A DNA stretch of 64,000 nucleotides from an uncultured delta proteobacterium (lineage in GTDB: Bacteria; Myxococcota; B64-G9). The stretch spans positions 1 through 64,000 of the forward strand of contig CAVWHX010000006.1 in the NCBI GenBank assembly GCA_963754925.1, read 5' to 3'. A program made the translations under genes and the position numbers. Of this stretch, positions 38,299 to 48,784 are shown piece by piece (position 1 is the stretch's first letter; every line of letters starts with the position of its first letter). A model generated the notes under the pieces. That model was not told where the DNA came from. It saw only the letters and a program-made list of their open reading frames with translations, and ran no database searches.

Positions 38299-40293
38299 AT
38301 GAGTGAGGAACTTGATCAACTCTGCATCAATACCATCCGCTTATTGGCAGTCGACATGGTTGAACGGGCCAAGTCCGGCCACCCCGGCCTGCCCCTCGGC
38401 GCCGGAGCGATGGCGTACGTTTTGTGGACGCAAGCCATGCGCCATAATCCCCAAAACCCGCATTGGCCAAATCGTGATCGATTTGTGCTCTCGGCCGGCC
38501 ACGGCTCGGCGTTGCTCTACGCCCTGCTGCACATGACCGGCTACGACCTGACGCTCGACGATCTCAAGAATTTTCGCCAATGGGAGAGCCGCACCCCCGG
38601 GCACCCCGAGTATGGGATGACGCCCGGTGTGGAGACTACCACGGGCCCCTTGGGGCAGGGGATGGCTACGGCGGTCGGCATGGCGATCGCTGAGCGGTAT
38701 TTGGCCGCGATTTTCAATCAGGATGGTTTTCCGATCGTCGATCACCGCACCTTCGTGCTGTGCGGTGACGGCGACCTCATGGAGGGAATTGCCGCCGAAG
38801 CCGCGTCGCTCGCGGGCCATCTTGAGCTTGCAAAATTGATCTGCTTGTACGATGACAACAAGATCTCGATCGAGGGATCGACCGATATTGCCTTCACTGA
38901 AGATGTGCGTCGGCGCTTTCAGTCATACGGATGGCGCGTGATCGAGGTCGAGGGCAATGACCTTGCCGCGGTGGCCGCAGCAATCAAGAAAGCCAGGGCC
39001 GAGAAGGTGCGGCCGACCTTGATCAAAGCGCGCACCCACATTGGCTTTGGCTGCCCTAACAAGCATGATACCAGCGCCGCGCACGGCGAACCGCTGGGCG
39101 CCGACGAACTCAAAGCGGTCAAGGAATGCTTTAGCTTCTCGCCCGAGCAGAGCTTTGTGGTCCCCGAGCAAGCGGCTGCCCACTGCGGCCAGGTGGCACA
39201 GCGCGGGGCGAAAGCCGAGGCCCGCTGGCAGCGCCTGTTTGCCAAATATGCCCGCGCGTACCCTGACCAGGCCGAGCAGTTTCAACAGGCGCTGCGCGGC
39301 GAGCTACCCGCGGGCTGGCAACGGGCATTGCCGAGTTTTACGGCATCCGACGTCCAAGCCACCCGCCAGGCCTCGGGGACGATACTCAACGCCGTGGCTG
39401 CCGTGACGCCGCTCGTGATCGGCGGGTCGGCGGACCTTGCACCCTCGAACAATACCTTGATCAAGGGTGCGGCCGATTTCTCGGCGAAAACACCGGGCGG
39501 ACGCAACCTGCGTTTCGGGGTGCGCGAGCACGCCATGGGAGCTATCGTCAACGGCATGGCGCTTTCTCAGCTACGCCCCTATGGAGCGACCTTCTTGGTG
39601 TTCGCCGACTACCTGCGGCCGGCGCTACGGCTCGCCGCGCTTATGCGCATCCCTTCGTTGTTAATAATTACCCACGATAGCATCGGCCTCGGGGAGGACG
39701 GCCCCACCCACCAACCAATCGAACATCTGGCCGCCTTGCGGGCCATCCCGCAGTTGTTGGTAGTGCGGCCGGCCGATGCCAACGAAACCGTTGCAGCCTG
39801 GCGGGTGATTCTCGAGCGCAAGCGTCCGGCCGCCCTGGTTCTTACCCGACAGAAAGTGCCGGTCCTCGACCCGGCGCGCTATCCGGTGCACACCGGGGTC
39901 GAGAAAGGGGCTTATGTTCTCTTAGATTGCGATCAGCCCCAGCTGATATTAATCGCCACCGGTTCGGAGGTCCACCTGGCGCTTGCCGCCGCACGCAGGC
40001 TTTCTGACCAGGGTCTCCGGGCGCGAGTGGTATCGATGCCTTCCTGGGAGCTTTTTGCCGAACAGCCGTATGATTATCGAGATCGCGTGCTGCCGCCATC
40101 CCTTAAGGCCCGGTTGGCGATCGAGGCTGGCTCGCCGTTCGGATGGCGTCGTTGGGTAGGGGAGAGCGGCGATGTGATTGGTATTGAGCGCTTTGGTGCC
40201 TCCGCGCCCGGTGAGGTGTTGCTGGCTCGCTTTGGCTTCACCGTTGAAAATGTGGTTGCCCGAGCGCAAGCGTTGATCGGGAAGACCGTATAG
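38299..40293 (+). CDS. tkt: Transketolase
   Basis: [57 protein letters not shown]. Confidence 0.97.
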   Translation: MSEELDQLCINTIRLLAVDMVERAKSGHPGLPLGAGAMAYVLWTQAMRHNPQNPHWPNRDRFVLSAGHGSALLYALLHMTGYDLTLDDLKNFRQWESRTPGHPEYGMTPGVETTTGPLGQGMATAVGMAIAERYLAAIFNQDGFPIVDHRTFVLCGDGDLMEGIAAEAASLAGHLELAKLICLYDDNKISIEGSTDIAFTEDVRRRFQSYGWRVIEVEGNDLAAVAAAIKKARAEKVRPTLIKARTHIGFGCPNKHDTSAAHGEPLGADELKAVKECFSFSPEQSFVVPEQAAAHCGQVAQRGAKAEARWQRLFAKYARAYPDQAEQFQQALRGELPAGWQRALPSFTASDVQATRQASGTILNAVAAVTPLVIGGSADLAPSNNTLIKGAADFSAKTPGGRNLRFGVREHAMGAIVNGMALSQLRPYGATFLVFADYLRPALRLAALMRIPSLLIITHDSIGLGEDGPTHQPIEHLAALRAIPQLLVVRPADANETVAAWRVILERKRPAALVLTRQKVPVLDPARYPVHTGVEKGAYVLLDCDQPQLILIATGSEVHLALAAARRLSDQGLRARVVSMPSWELFAEQPYDYRDRVLPPSLKARLAIEAGSPFGWRRWVGESGDVIGIERFGASAPGEVLLARFGFTVENVVARAQALIGKTV

Positions 40294-41351
40294 TGTGGTA
40301 CCATGGCGCCATGGCTATCGCAGGAACAGGAATGGGTGTTGTCATGGTGAGCCGGTGGTCACCGGCAGCGTTGTTGTCCGGCGTAGCTCTTATTCTCAAT
40401 TGCCAACCGTCTGTTGGCCTTGAGGATGTTCCCGGGTTGGTGGCGCCTGCCGATCAAAGTCCGGCGATAGCCCGGGCGGGAGAGTTTTTGTTGCATACGG
40501 CAGAGGTGCCGGAGCTTGCCCGCATGGGGCGATCGGTGCGGAGTCTGGCCGGGGTTGCGGTGAATGCAACGCCGCCTGAGAACGAGCTCTCGCTTGCGCT
40601 CGAGACGCTGACGCTGGCGAGCGCGGCCGGTAGGGATATTGACGGAATTGATTCCGAGGGGAAGGAAGAATATCAGCGTTTGCTGGCGCGGCTTCTTCTC
40701 AAGCGAGCCGTTGAGCCCGTTGGCGACGGTCCGGTTTCTGACGAGGAGATCCGGCGCGCTCAAGAAGCCGAGATCGAACAGTATCAAAAGACCGGTGTGA
40801 GCGAGTTGTTTAGCCCGACACGCATCGATGCCGCGGCGGTGGTAATCGGGTTATTCCCCGATGCGCATCCTCCCACTGAGAATGAAGTTCCGCTGTTGGT
40901 CCCCCGGGAGGCCCTGGCGCTGTCTCGCGACTTTCGGGAGCGTGTCGGCGATCGCGTCACGGATCTTGACCGATTTCTGGCTCTGGCGCGCGAGTTCACC
41001 GCCGGACATCCGACGGTGCAGGTTCAGATGCTTTGGGGGATAGCGCTCGATCGAAGGCTTTCGAGCATCGATGCTCGAATCCACACCACCCTGGTTGCCC
41101 TTGACGGCGACGGCGCCATCAGCGAGCCTATCGCGTTCGAGGGTGGAGTGTACGTGATCCGGCGCGGGTACACCTCGCCGGGGAAGGGCGAGCGCCCCGA
41201 GGATGTTCGGCCGCAACTAGAGGAGAAGGTCCGGACTCTTCGCCGCCAGGAGGCCTTAACGAGACTTCTGACGGAGCTTCTGAAGCGCTACCAGGCGCAA
41301 ACATGGCCGGAACGGTTGCATAACGACCGTGGCGAGCAACCGCAACCGTGA
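40293..41351 (+). CDS. Putative lipoprotein, degenerate parvulin/PrsA-like foldase
   Basis: Hydrophobic stretch plus LILNC; VSDEEIR, LAREF, GAISEPI..GVYVIR; start uncertain. Confidence 0.55.
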   Translation: MWYHGAMAIAGTGMGVVMVSRWSPAALLSGVALILNCQPSVGLEDVPGLVAPADQSPAIARAGEFLLHTAEVPELARMGRSVRSLAGVAVNATPPENELSLALETLTLASAAGRDIDGIDSEGKEEYQRLLARLLLKRAVEPVGDGPVSDEEIRRAQEAEIEQYQKTGVSELFSPTRIDAAAVVIGLFPDAHPPTENEVPLLVPREALALSRDFRERVGDRVTDLDRFLALAREFTAGHPTVQVQMLWGIALDRRLSSIDARIHTTLVALDGDGAISEPIAFEGGVYVIRRGYTSPGKGERPEDVRPQLEEKVRTLRRQEALTRLLTELLKRYQAQTWPERLHNDRGEQPQP

Positions 41352-41478
41352 GGTGGGTAATTTCACATCTGGCAAGACAAGGAATCTGTAACAGCCTCTG
41401 GATGTCATTCGCGGGGGGACTGGTTTCTTTAAGTTTTGCATCACCGTCCTTGGAATAAGCATTTATGCGGCCGCCAGC

Positions 41479-43221
41479 ATGGCCTGGTCTGCTTTCGCTG
41501 CCGACGTGAGCGGTTCGCTTGATGACGAGGTCGGCTTACTGTATTCCTCCCAACTTCAGTTTGACGCCGATGGCACCCCGCAAGTCACGGTCGGCTTGAT
41601 GGAAAAGCAGCACGAGGTGCGCTTAACCTCCGCGGACGGCTTGGAGCTCTCGGGACAGCTTGAGGAACAGGGCCAACTGGTTAAACGCAGCTACCTCACG
41701 AAGCCGGACGAGGTGCTGCGCTTTGAGGTCATCAGCGCCAAGAAGGCCTTGGTCGCCTATTGGTGCGGGGTTGAGAACATTCCGTTCGGCCAAAAAGATA
41801 CGCTAGAACAAGCGCTTGCCACCTGGCGCGCTCGCTCGAAAACGGTGCAGGTGTTCGAGGTCGGCAGCGTCTTTGGCATTCAGGGGCACGTGATCGACAA
41901 CCGCACCTATATTCTCGGGATAGAAGCCTTCGATACCGAAGCCGCCGCGGGTGAAGCCGCCCAACGGGTGTACCGGGAGTTTGGTGCAAAGACGTTTGTT
42001 CACCCGCAGCTTCTGCGCCGACCCGCCGGCAGCATTCGCACAACGCTGCGGCGCGGCGCGCAGCCAAGCCGCACGCAGCCAAGCCGCACGCAGCCTCTGA
42101 CCTTTGCCGACCTGGTTAAGATCACATCACGGGGAAAGCGACCCGTGAAGATTTTCCGGGTCGAGCACGGAATCGGGTATAGCTGGCACGGGTTCGAAGA
42201 TCGGCTGTACACCGGGACGATCTTGGTTACGTTGGATCTGGAAGGCACGCTGGTTGCAGTCAATCGCATCGCGGTCGATCGGTTGTTGATGGGACTGGTA
42301 CCGGCCGAGATATACCCGAGCGCGCCGCTCGAAGCGCTCAAGGCTCAAGCCGTGGTGGCGCGCGGGGAGCTGCTCGCCAAGATCGGCAGCCGCCATATTC
42401 TCGAACCCTACCGGTTGTGCGCCCATACGCACTGCCAGGTGTATGCGGGGGTTAAGGCCGAGAACCAACGCACCTCCTGGGCGGTGCGCGCCACCCGAGG
42501 CGAGTTTTTGTTTCGCGGTGCAGATTTGGTGGACTCGGTCTACAGCGCTATGTGCGGCGGACACACTGAGGACAATGACGCGGTTTGGGACCACCCTGCG
42601 AACCCGGCGCTGCGCGGTAGGTTCGACATGGCGCCGGAGGATGCGGCTCGTTGGAAGCTTGATAACGACCATCTGCATGAGTGGTTGGCGGCGTCGCCGC
42701 CCGCCTATTGCCAAACGTCCAGTTTCGGCCGTAAGAACCTCTTTCGTTGGGTTCGCCGGTTCAGCGCCGAGCAGATGAATACCATGGTGGCAAAGGTCAA
42801 GCCGGTAGGCCAGGTGAAGTCCATTCAGGTTGTGTCGCGCGGCGTCTCGGGACGGGTTGAGGTGGTGCGCATCGAGGGGGCACTCGGCGAACTCATCGTG
42901 CAGCGCGAGTGGCCGGTCAGGCAGTTGTTTGGCAACCTGAACAGCGGCATGTTCGAGGTGACGGTTGAGACCGACGCACAACAAACGCCGGTGTCGTTTG
43001 TCTTTCATGGAGGGGGCGTTGGGCATGGGGTTGGAATGTGCCAAATCGGTGCAATCGGGATGGCTGAAAAAGGGTTTAAGTACCGTGAAATCCTGGCCCA
43101 TTACTACAGCGGTTCGCAGGTGTTTCGGTTGTACGGCGGCGCCCTTGATGCCCCAGCCGAAGAACCGGGTGCGGGTACCGGCAGTGTAAGCGGAACACCA
43201 ACTACCGGTGATGAGAAGTAA
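41479..43221 (+). CDS. SpoIID/LytB-domain peptidoglycan lytic transglycosylase-like protein
   Basis: GLVPAEI, EALKAQAVVAR, CQVYAG, GGHTE, GGGVGHGVGMCQIGA, EILAHYY; true start may be further upstream. Confidence 0.88.
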   Translation: MAWSAFAADVSGSLDDEVGLLYSSQLQFDADGTPQVTVGLMEKQHEVRLTSADGLELSGQLEEQGQLVKRSYLTKPDEVLRFEVISAKKALVAYWCGVENIPFGQKDTLEQALATWRARSKTVQVFEVGSVFGIQGHVIDNRTYILGIEAFDTEAAAGEAAQRVYREFGAKTFVHPQLLRRPAGSIRTTLRRGAQPSRTQPSRTQPLTFADLVKITSRGKRPVKIFRVEHGIGYSWHGFEDRLYTGTILVTLDLEGTLVAVNRIAVDRLLMGLVPAEIYPSAPLEALKAQAVVARGELLAKIGSRHILEPYRLCAHTHCQVYAGVKAENQRTSWAVRATRGEFLFRGADLVDSVYSAMCGGHTEDNDAVWDHPANPALRGRFDMAPEDAARWKLDNDHLHEWLAASPPAYCQTSSFGRKNLFRWVRRFSAEQMNTMVAKVKPVGQVKSIQVVSRGVSGRVEVVRIEGALGELIVQREWPVRQLFGNLNSGMFEVTVETDAQQTPVSFVFHGGGVGHGVGMCQIGAIGMAEKGFKYREILAHYYSGSQVFRLYGGALDAPAEEPGAGTGSVSGTPTTGDEK

Positions 43222-43250
43222 TAAAATGACCCATATAGCGTCTGGAATCG

Positions 43251-43556
43251 CTATTTCTCATCCGGAATGAAATAGACCACCGTCACCGTACCCGTGGTCG
43301 TGATAGGCTCTGAGATGGAAACAATCTTGGCGCCCGCGGGAAGATTGATGGGCGCATGGGCCGGGCACTCGATTTCATGCGTGCTACCACGCCATTGGGT
43401 GCGATCGCGGTTAAGGAAATAGCGACCAGCACATCCGTCGTATTCACCGGCTACATCCTTTTGGAAGATTCCGCAAAATCCAATCGGGTAGTCAGGTAGC
43501 GAGTCAACCGAGCGGGGTTTGACCCAATGCAGACAGTCACGGCATTTCATGTTCAC
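43251..43556 (-). CDS. Small Cys-rich hypothetical protein
   Basis: CRDCLHW..GFC..C motif; fills the gap downstream of a co-oriented gene. Confidence 0.4.
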   Translation of the reverse strand: MNMKCRDCLHWVKPRSVDSLPDYPIGFCGIFQKDVAGEYDGCAGRYFLNRDRTQWRGSTHEIECPAHAPINLPAGAKIVSISEPITTTGTVTVVYFIPDEK

Positions 43557-43578
43557 CCGAAAACATACGCCCGCATCA

Positions 43579-44514
43579 CTACTTGATCTTTATGGGGAAA
43601 GGGTTATCGGTGCACGAGTCGGCTTTCTGTGACATGGCGAGATCCTGTGCAAGCTCTCCGCGGCTCAGCGAAAAATGGTTACGCTCCATCGCTTCGCGGG
43701 CACGCATTCGGTATTCCTCGGATTCGAGGAATTCCAAAACAGGCCCGGTGCGCGCCAGAACCTGCTCGTGCGGGATCCAGCGGAACGTTTTGCCCGACTC
43801 CACGTGCGTCAAAAGCCCGGCTTCCATCCCCCAGGCCAAATCGCCGAGGTTGCGATCGACCGTATCGCGCAAAATGGCCGTCAGGATACCTTGCATCTCG
43901 GGATCGATGAAGCGAAAACGCCGGAAGTATAACGCTGCGTTGTGCAATCGCTCGGGAAGCTCAAGCACCCCGTCGAGATTGAGTCGGACGCACATCAACA
44001 TCATCAGTACCATCATCTCGCGCCCAATGCCGAGACTTGGAAAACTCTGGCCCGGCAGCAACAGTTTGTCTGGCGGTGGTTGTAGCAGCGTATTCTGCAT
44101 GCGCAGCCATTTAACGTGCAGGAAAGAACGCTCGCCTGTATTAACCAGCTTTTGCACCTGGGGAGCAAGCGGCGCTACATGGGCGACCATCTCAATGAGG
44201 GAATGCGGCGATTTTGAGGAGTTAACCCGCAAGATGTCGTACTGGCCCTCGATGCGGCCAAGGGTTACGCTCAACTCGCCAACGTTTTTCTTTTGCAGCT
44301 CGCTGGCAAGCCCGTATTGCTCGAAAACCAGTTCCATCCCCTCGCGACTATAAAAGCCCAGGAATGTCGTTCTATCCTTTTCGGCGGAACTTGGCTCAGC
44401 GGTATGAACTGGCCAGAAGTCATGGGCGACGTGCGCAGCGCGCAGCTCGGCCGGTTTCAGGTGTTCAAAGATACGCGCGTAGTGGCGCTCGATGTTTTCA
44501 AGTTTTGTGTCCAT
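43579..44514 (-). CDS. Conserved hypothetical protein (PGQ.FP.LG family)
   Basis: WLRMQN, LLPGQSFPSLGIG, PERLHNAALY, F.F.DP, W.P.EQ. Confidence 0.7.
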   Translation of the reverse strand: MDTKLENIERHYARIFEHLKPAELRAAHVAHDFWPVHTAEPSSAEKDRTTFLGFYSREGMELVFEQYGLASELQKKNVGELSVTLGRIEGQYDILRVNSSKSPHSLIEMVAHVAPLAPQVQKLVNTGERSFLHVKWLRMQNTLLQPPPDKLLLPGQSFPSLGIGREMMVLMMLMCVRLNLDGVLELPERLHNAALYFRRFRFIDPEMQGILTAILRDTVDRNLGDLAWGMEAGLLTHVESGKTFRWIPHEQVLARTGPVLEFLESEEYRMRAREAMERNHFSLSRGELAQDLAMSQKADSCTDNPFPIKIK

Positions 44515-44745
44515 GATGCGACGCCCTGATATCTATAATATATTAAAATTTACCATATAACTCAAATTGTTTCTCTGATTCGTGCGATTACTAACCAGCC
44601 TGAGTTGTTGTGTTTATCTGATGCCTGTGATATGTTAACAATTTAAAGTTATCAAGAACTGTTTGAAAACTTGATTCACGGGGAATTACATTGTATAAGT
44701 TCGCCTATGGAAAATTTTAGATCTTCCTATTCAAGCGAATCGCTC

Positions 44746-45060
44746 ATGAAATTGAAGCTTATTCGTTGGCCAAACAATCAGCCTTTTCCTTCCCGGGAAG
44801 ATCTTGAGAAAGCTATGATTCAAGAGGGATTGGACCCTTTTAGAATGGTAGATCCTCCGTGCACCTATTACCACGGTCGGGTGTTGTCACGTCCGGAGGT
44901 GTGCTGGGTGTTGGAGGGCCGGTTGTTGGTCGGCATGGAAGATCAAGAGATTCTCTTAGACATTGGCGATAGGATAGAACTGCCCCGCGGCGTGAAGCAT
45001 TGGATTCGCGTCATATCAGAAAATGGGGCCGCCTACCTGGTGGCGTCGCTGCCGAATTGA
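44746..45060 (+). CDS. Cupin-domain protein
   Basis: EVCWVLEGRL, GDRIELPRGVKHW. Confidence 0.65.
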   Translation: MKLKLIRWPNNQPFPSREDLEKAMIQEGLDPFRMVDPPCTYYHGRVLSRPEVCWVLEGRLLVGMEDQEILLDIGDRIELPRGVKHWIRVISENGAAYLVASLPN

Positions 45061-45089
45061 ACCAATAATTCTTGTTAAACGCGAGAGCA

Positions 45090-46142
45090 TCAATCCGGAA
45101 GGTTTCGCGGGCCGGCCGACGCGGCATCAGTAACTTCGGCAAGTTCTCGCAATACCGTCGTGGCATATCCTCCGGGAGGAAGAGAAAACCGCAGCAGCGC
45201 GGCATCGGGTTCGGGCTCGATCTTAAGATCCGAAAGCACCAACCGCAGCGGGCGCCGGGTGCCTGAGGTCAGTTTCGAGAATCTTCGAAAGGCTTCCCGG
45301 TCTATTTCATGTGCGGCCAGTACCTGTTCCTCCAGCTCCTGAGCCGTGCCGGTGGGGGCTTTCATTTTTGGTCCAAATATCGGGCCGGTTATGTGGAGCT
45401 GGAATGCGTCGAATCGCTGCTGATCCGTGATGGGATCGCTACAGATAAACATGCCGCCGGTATCGGTTTTGGCCAAAACATCGCCGGGGAGAACCTGTTC
45501 AAAAAGATTGGATCTGATGCGCTTGCCTAGAACATCATTGAACAGGGCTGATTGCGCCGCGCTCAGCATAAGACGGAACGATCGCGGCGGCAGGCGCGAC
45601 TTTTCGCCGCGCAGGAGCGCCAAACCCGTGCTCTCGTTGCGGCGGTCAACGCCGAAGCGCTGGGAGCCAAAGTAATTCGGCGCGCCGCGCCGAGCAAGGC
45701 GGTCGACCCTCGTCTGGAGTTGGTCGAGATCGTCCTGCGAAAGGTCACGGATTCGAATGCTGAAGCGATTGCCCCGAAGGTGGCCGGTCTTGAGCTTATT
45801 GGTATGCAGGCCTTTTTGAAGTATGCAAACGTGCTCGAGATTAAATGACCCGATTAATGCGTCTGCAGCGGCCGGCATAGATAGCCATTGGCGGGTAACC
45901 GCATGGCGATCTTTAAGGCCCGCGCAGCCAATTTCACTCGGACTCAGGTTGAGATGTTTCGCCAACGCGTTAATCACTTCGTCGGTCGTGTGGGAACGCT
46001 TCTCGATCTCGATCATCACATGGCTGCCGTTCCCGCAGGGCGTGTAGGCCGGGATTTCTTCGACGACGAAATCCTCGGGTACGGCGCGAATGATTCCCTT
46101 GATAGGAGAAGGTTCGAGAAGTGTCGGCCAGCGGGTATCCAT
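45090..46142 (-). CDS. truD: tRNA pseudouridine(13) synthase TruD
   Basis: PEDFVVEE, AGLKDRHAVTRQW, GHLRGNRF, PNYFGSQRFG, LPPGGYATTVLRE. Confidence 0.95.
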   Translation of the reverse strand: MDTRWPTLLEPSPIKGIIRAVPEDFVVEEIPAYTPCGNGSHVMIEIEKRSHTTDEVINALAKHLNLSPSEIGCAGLKDRHAVTRQWLSMPAAADALIGSFNLEHVCILQKGLHTNKLKTGHLRGNRFSIRIRDLSQDDLDQLQTRVDRLARRGAPNYFGSQRFGVDRRNESTGLALLRGEKSRLPPRSFRLMLSAAQSALFNDVLGKRIRSNLFEQVLPGDVLAKTDTGGMFICSDPITDQQRFDAFQLHITGPIFGPKMKAPTGTAQELEEQVLAAHEIDREAFRRFSKLTSGTRRPLRLVLSDLKIEPEPDAALLRFSLPPGGYATTVLRELAEVTDAASAGPRNLPD

Positions 46143-46376
46143 GATCGTCTCCAACTCATCACCGCTATGGCAGATTAGCACAAAGCGATTTCGCTGCAAG
46201 CAGGTCCCCGACCTCGAATGCGACAAGCGATTTCAGTCTTGACTGGCGCGCCTGAGTCTGGTAGGAGCGCACGGGATTTTCTTTAGAGCCCGTTAGCGAG
46301 CGAAAGCGAGCTTACGGGCTCTTACCCCCGATAGGGGGTCAGAGATCGCTACAATTTGGAACAGGAGTTGAACCTC

Positions 46377-47438
46377 ATGCGAACATGCATCATCGGATTG
46401 CCATTGAGCGGCAAGACCATGCTGGTTAAGGCGCTCGCGGGCGGCATAGAACAACCGGGTTACGATGCCGTTTTGGAGCGGTCGGTGGCGGTGCCTGACG
46501 AACGAGTAGCCGCGCTTTCAAAATTGTATCACCCCAAAAAAACGACCTACGCAGCGATCGAGGTTGTCGATGTCGCCGGGAATTCCGCCATGGGCCGCGA
46601 CTCGCAGGAGCTGGGTGCGAAGTTTCTGAACGCGGTCCGGCCGGCATCGGTTTTACTTCACGTTGTTGACGCGTTTTCCTGCGCGGCCGAAGGCATCAAT
46701 GCGAGCGTTACGGACGCGGTTGACGCGATCGATACCGAGCTTGTTTTCTCGGATCTCCAGGTATGCGAGCGCAGGCTCGAACGGATGAACAAAGAAGGCG
46801 CCAAAGTAGGCGCCGCGGCCGAAGAGATGCGGCTTGTTGCCGAGGCGGCTGCGAAGCTGGCCCAGGGCAAGCCGTTACGCATCCTCCCTCTGCTTGCCAA
46901 CGAGCGTCCCTTACGGGTCTTTACGTTTCTCTCGGCCAAGCCGATCATCACGATAGTCAACACGTCGGAAGACAGGCCGACGTGGAATGCGGAGAGCCTG
47001 CCCGAAAAAATCCGCGCCCAGCGGCAGGGCGCTTGGGGGAGCTGGATAGCGCTCTGCGTCAAGCTCGAGGCCGAGATAGCCGGGCTTCCACCGGAAGAGG
47101 CGCATGCGTTCCTTGCCGGCTACGGGATTGCAGCTCCCGCCCGCGAACGCGTCATTCAATTGACCTATGAGTTGTTGGGGCTGACGTCGTTCTTTACGGT
47201 TGGCGAGGACGAGGTGCGCGCCTGGACGTTGCGCTCCGGCCAGACCGCCGAGGAAGCTGCGGGAGTCATTCATAGCGACATCCAGCGCGGTTTTATCCGG
47301 GCCGAAGTGGTCGACTATGCCGACGCCATTGCCTGCGGTGGCTTTGAGGAAGCTAAAGGCGCGGGCAAGATGCATCTGGAGGGAAAACCGTACCTCATAA
47401 AGGATGGAGACATAGTGAGCTTCCGGTTCAATGTCTGA
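46377..47438 (+). CDS. ychF: Ribosome-binding ATPase YchF
   Basis: GLPLSGKT, VPDER, FFTVGEDEVRAW, AAGVIHSDIQRGFIRAEV, EGKPY..DGD. Confidence 0.9.
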   Translation: MRTCIIGLPLSGKTMLVKALAGGIEQPGYDAVLERSVAVPDERVAALSKLYHPKKTTYAAIEVVDVAGNSAMGRDSQELGAKFLNAVRPASVLLHVVDAFSCAAEGINASVTDAVDAIDTELVFSDLQVCERRLERMNKEGAKVGAAAEEMRLVAEAAAKLAQGKPLRILPLLANERPLRVFTFLSAKPIITIVNTSEDRPTWNAESLPEKIRAQRQGAWGSWIALCVKLEAEIAGLPPEEAHAFLAGYGIAAPARERVIQLTYELLGLTSFFTVGEDEVRAWTLRSGQTAEEAAGVIHSDIQRGFIRAEVVDYADAIACGGFEEAKGAGKMHLEGKPYLIKDGDIVSFRFNV

Positions 47439-47507
47439 AAAAGTAGATGGCTCTCGGAGGGAAGCGATCTGCATGCTGCTCGAAAAGCAAGGGGGCGATC
47501 ACCATCA

Positions 47508-48413
47508 TTAACGGGTAAAGATGTCCCTCCGGGCCAGCTCGCAGATCGCCGTGACCGCGGGATGCTTCAGCTTCCGTTCGATGGAAATAGCGTAGAAGCG
47601 TTGGCAAAGTTCCGGGACGCGGCCCACCACCTGCACCTGATAGCGTTGCCGGATATCTTTCTCGATCACCTCGGGCGCGGCGAAGACGCCGAACCCCACC
47701 TCACCGAGGACCTTCGCCAGGGTGGTATCGTCGAGTTCGGCTATGATCTGAGGCCGGATATCCCGCGCCTCGAACCACTCGTCCAGCATTCGACGCAGCG
47801 CCGAGTTGCTGCCCGGAAGCAGGAAGGGGGCGCCGTCAAGCGAACGGGGGAACCGAAGCCTGCATGACCTGGCGAGGCGGGTCGAGGCGAAGAAGGTGGT
47901 GCCGCACTCGCCGAGCAAGTGACTGAACGCCCGGACCGAAGTGCCGGGTCCGGCGGGCGTATCCGAGAGCACGACGTCCACCGCGTGCACGGCCAGCTCG
48001 CCTAGGAACGCCTGGGTGGAGCGATCCTCGCGAACGCTGACCCGCACCGGCCCTTCGAGGCGAAAAGCCGGCTCCAGGATTCGGTGAACGATAAACTGCG
48101 GCAGGGTGGCCGAGACCCCCACGGAAAGGCGGATCGGCCGGCCGCTCGATCGACCCTTGATGGTGTTCAGGAACTCCTGGCCCAGCGAAAAGATCTCATC
48201 CGCATAACGAAAAGCCACCCGGCCCACCTCGGTCAGCACAAGGTTTCGTCCCTTGCGCGCAAACAACTTCTCGCCTAGGATCTCCTCGAGGCGATGGATT
48301 TGGCCGCTGATCGTGGGGTGCGCGAGCCGAAGCTCCTTGCCGGCCCGCACGATGCTTCCCTCCTTTGCGACGGTCCAGAAGTACAGCAGGTGATGATAAT
48401 TGAGCCATTCCAC
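47508..48413 (-). CDS. nhaR: LysR-family regulator NhaR-like
   Basis: WLNYHHLLYFWTVAKEGSI, FRYADEIFSLG, FYAISIERKLKHPAV. Confidence 0.85.
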   Translation of the reverse strand: MEWLNYHHLLYFWTVAKEGSIVRAGKELRLAHPTISGQIHRLEEILGEKLFARKGRNLVLTEVGRVAFRYADEIFSLGQEFLNTIKGRSSGRPIRLSVGVSATLPQFIVHRILEPAFRLEGPVRVSVREDRSTQAFLGELAVHAVDVVLSDTPAGPGTSVRAFSHLLGECGTTFFASTRLARSCRLRFPRSLDGAPFLLPGSNSALRRMLDEWFEARDIRPQIIAELDDTTLAKVLGEVGFGVFAAPEVIEKDIRQRYQVQVVGRVPELCQRFYAISIERKLKHPAVTAICELARRDIFTR

Positions 48414-48531
48414 GACCGATAGTATATGTCGGTTTTCCAGACAAGTCACGTTGAAACTTCCTTATTGTCGAATGATCGAGGAAGGTGTAGTTTAAAGGAA
48501 AATGGAGAGAAGGTGAAAGGAGGATACAGAC

Positions 48532-48690
48532 ATGCTGTGGGCAATTGCCACGATTTTTATGTTGCTGTGGGTGTTGGGAATGATGACATACGGCACCATG
48601 GGAGGCTTTATCCACCTGCCTATCGCCGTAGCGCTGGGGCTGGTCATCGTTCAGGCCTTCAGAGGCCGGAAGATCATTACGGTGAAATGA
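48532..48690 (+). CDS. lmo0937-family small membrane protein (52 aa, below ORF-track cutoff)
   Basis: MLWAIATIFMLLWVLGMMTYGTMGGFIHLPIAVALGLVIVQAFRGRKIITVK; AGGAGG RBS. Confidence 0.8.
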   Translation: MLWAIATIFMLLWVLGMMTYGTMGGFIHLPIAVALGLVIVQAFRGRKIITVK

Positions 48691-48784
48691 CCATCGACCG
48701 GCGGCGAGAGCGAGCCTGTCGGAAAACCGATTCGACCAACGAAGAGAGCTCGTATCAGTTGAGCTTGAGGGAAAGGGGAACCCA

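Noticed and set aside
43251..43556. Prophage remnant
   Set aside because: A single small ORF with no phage hallmark genes
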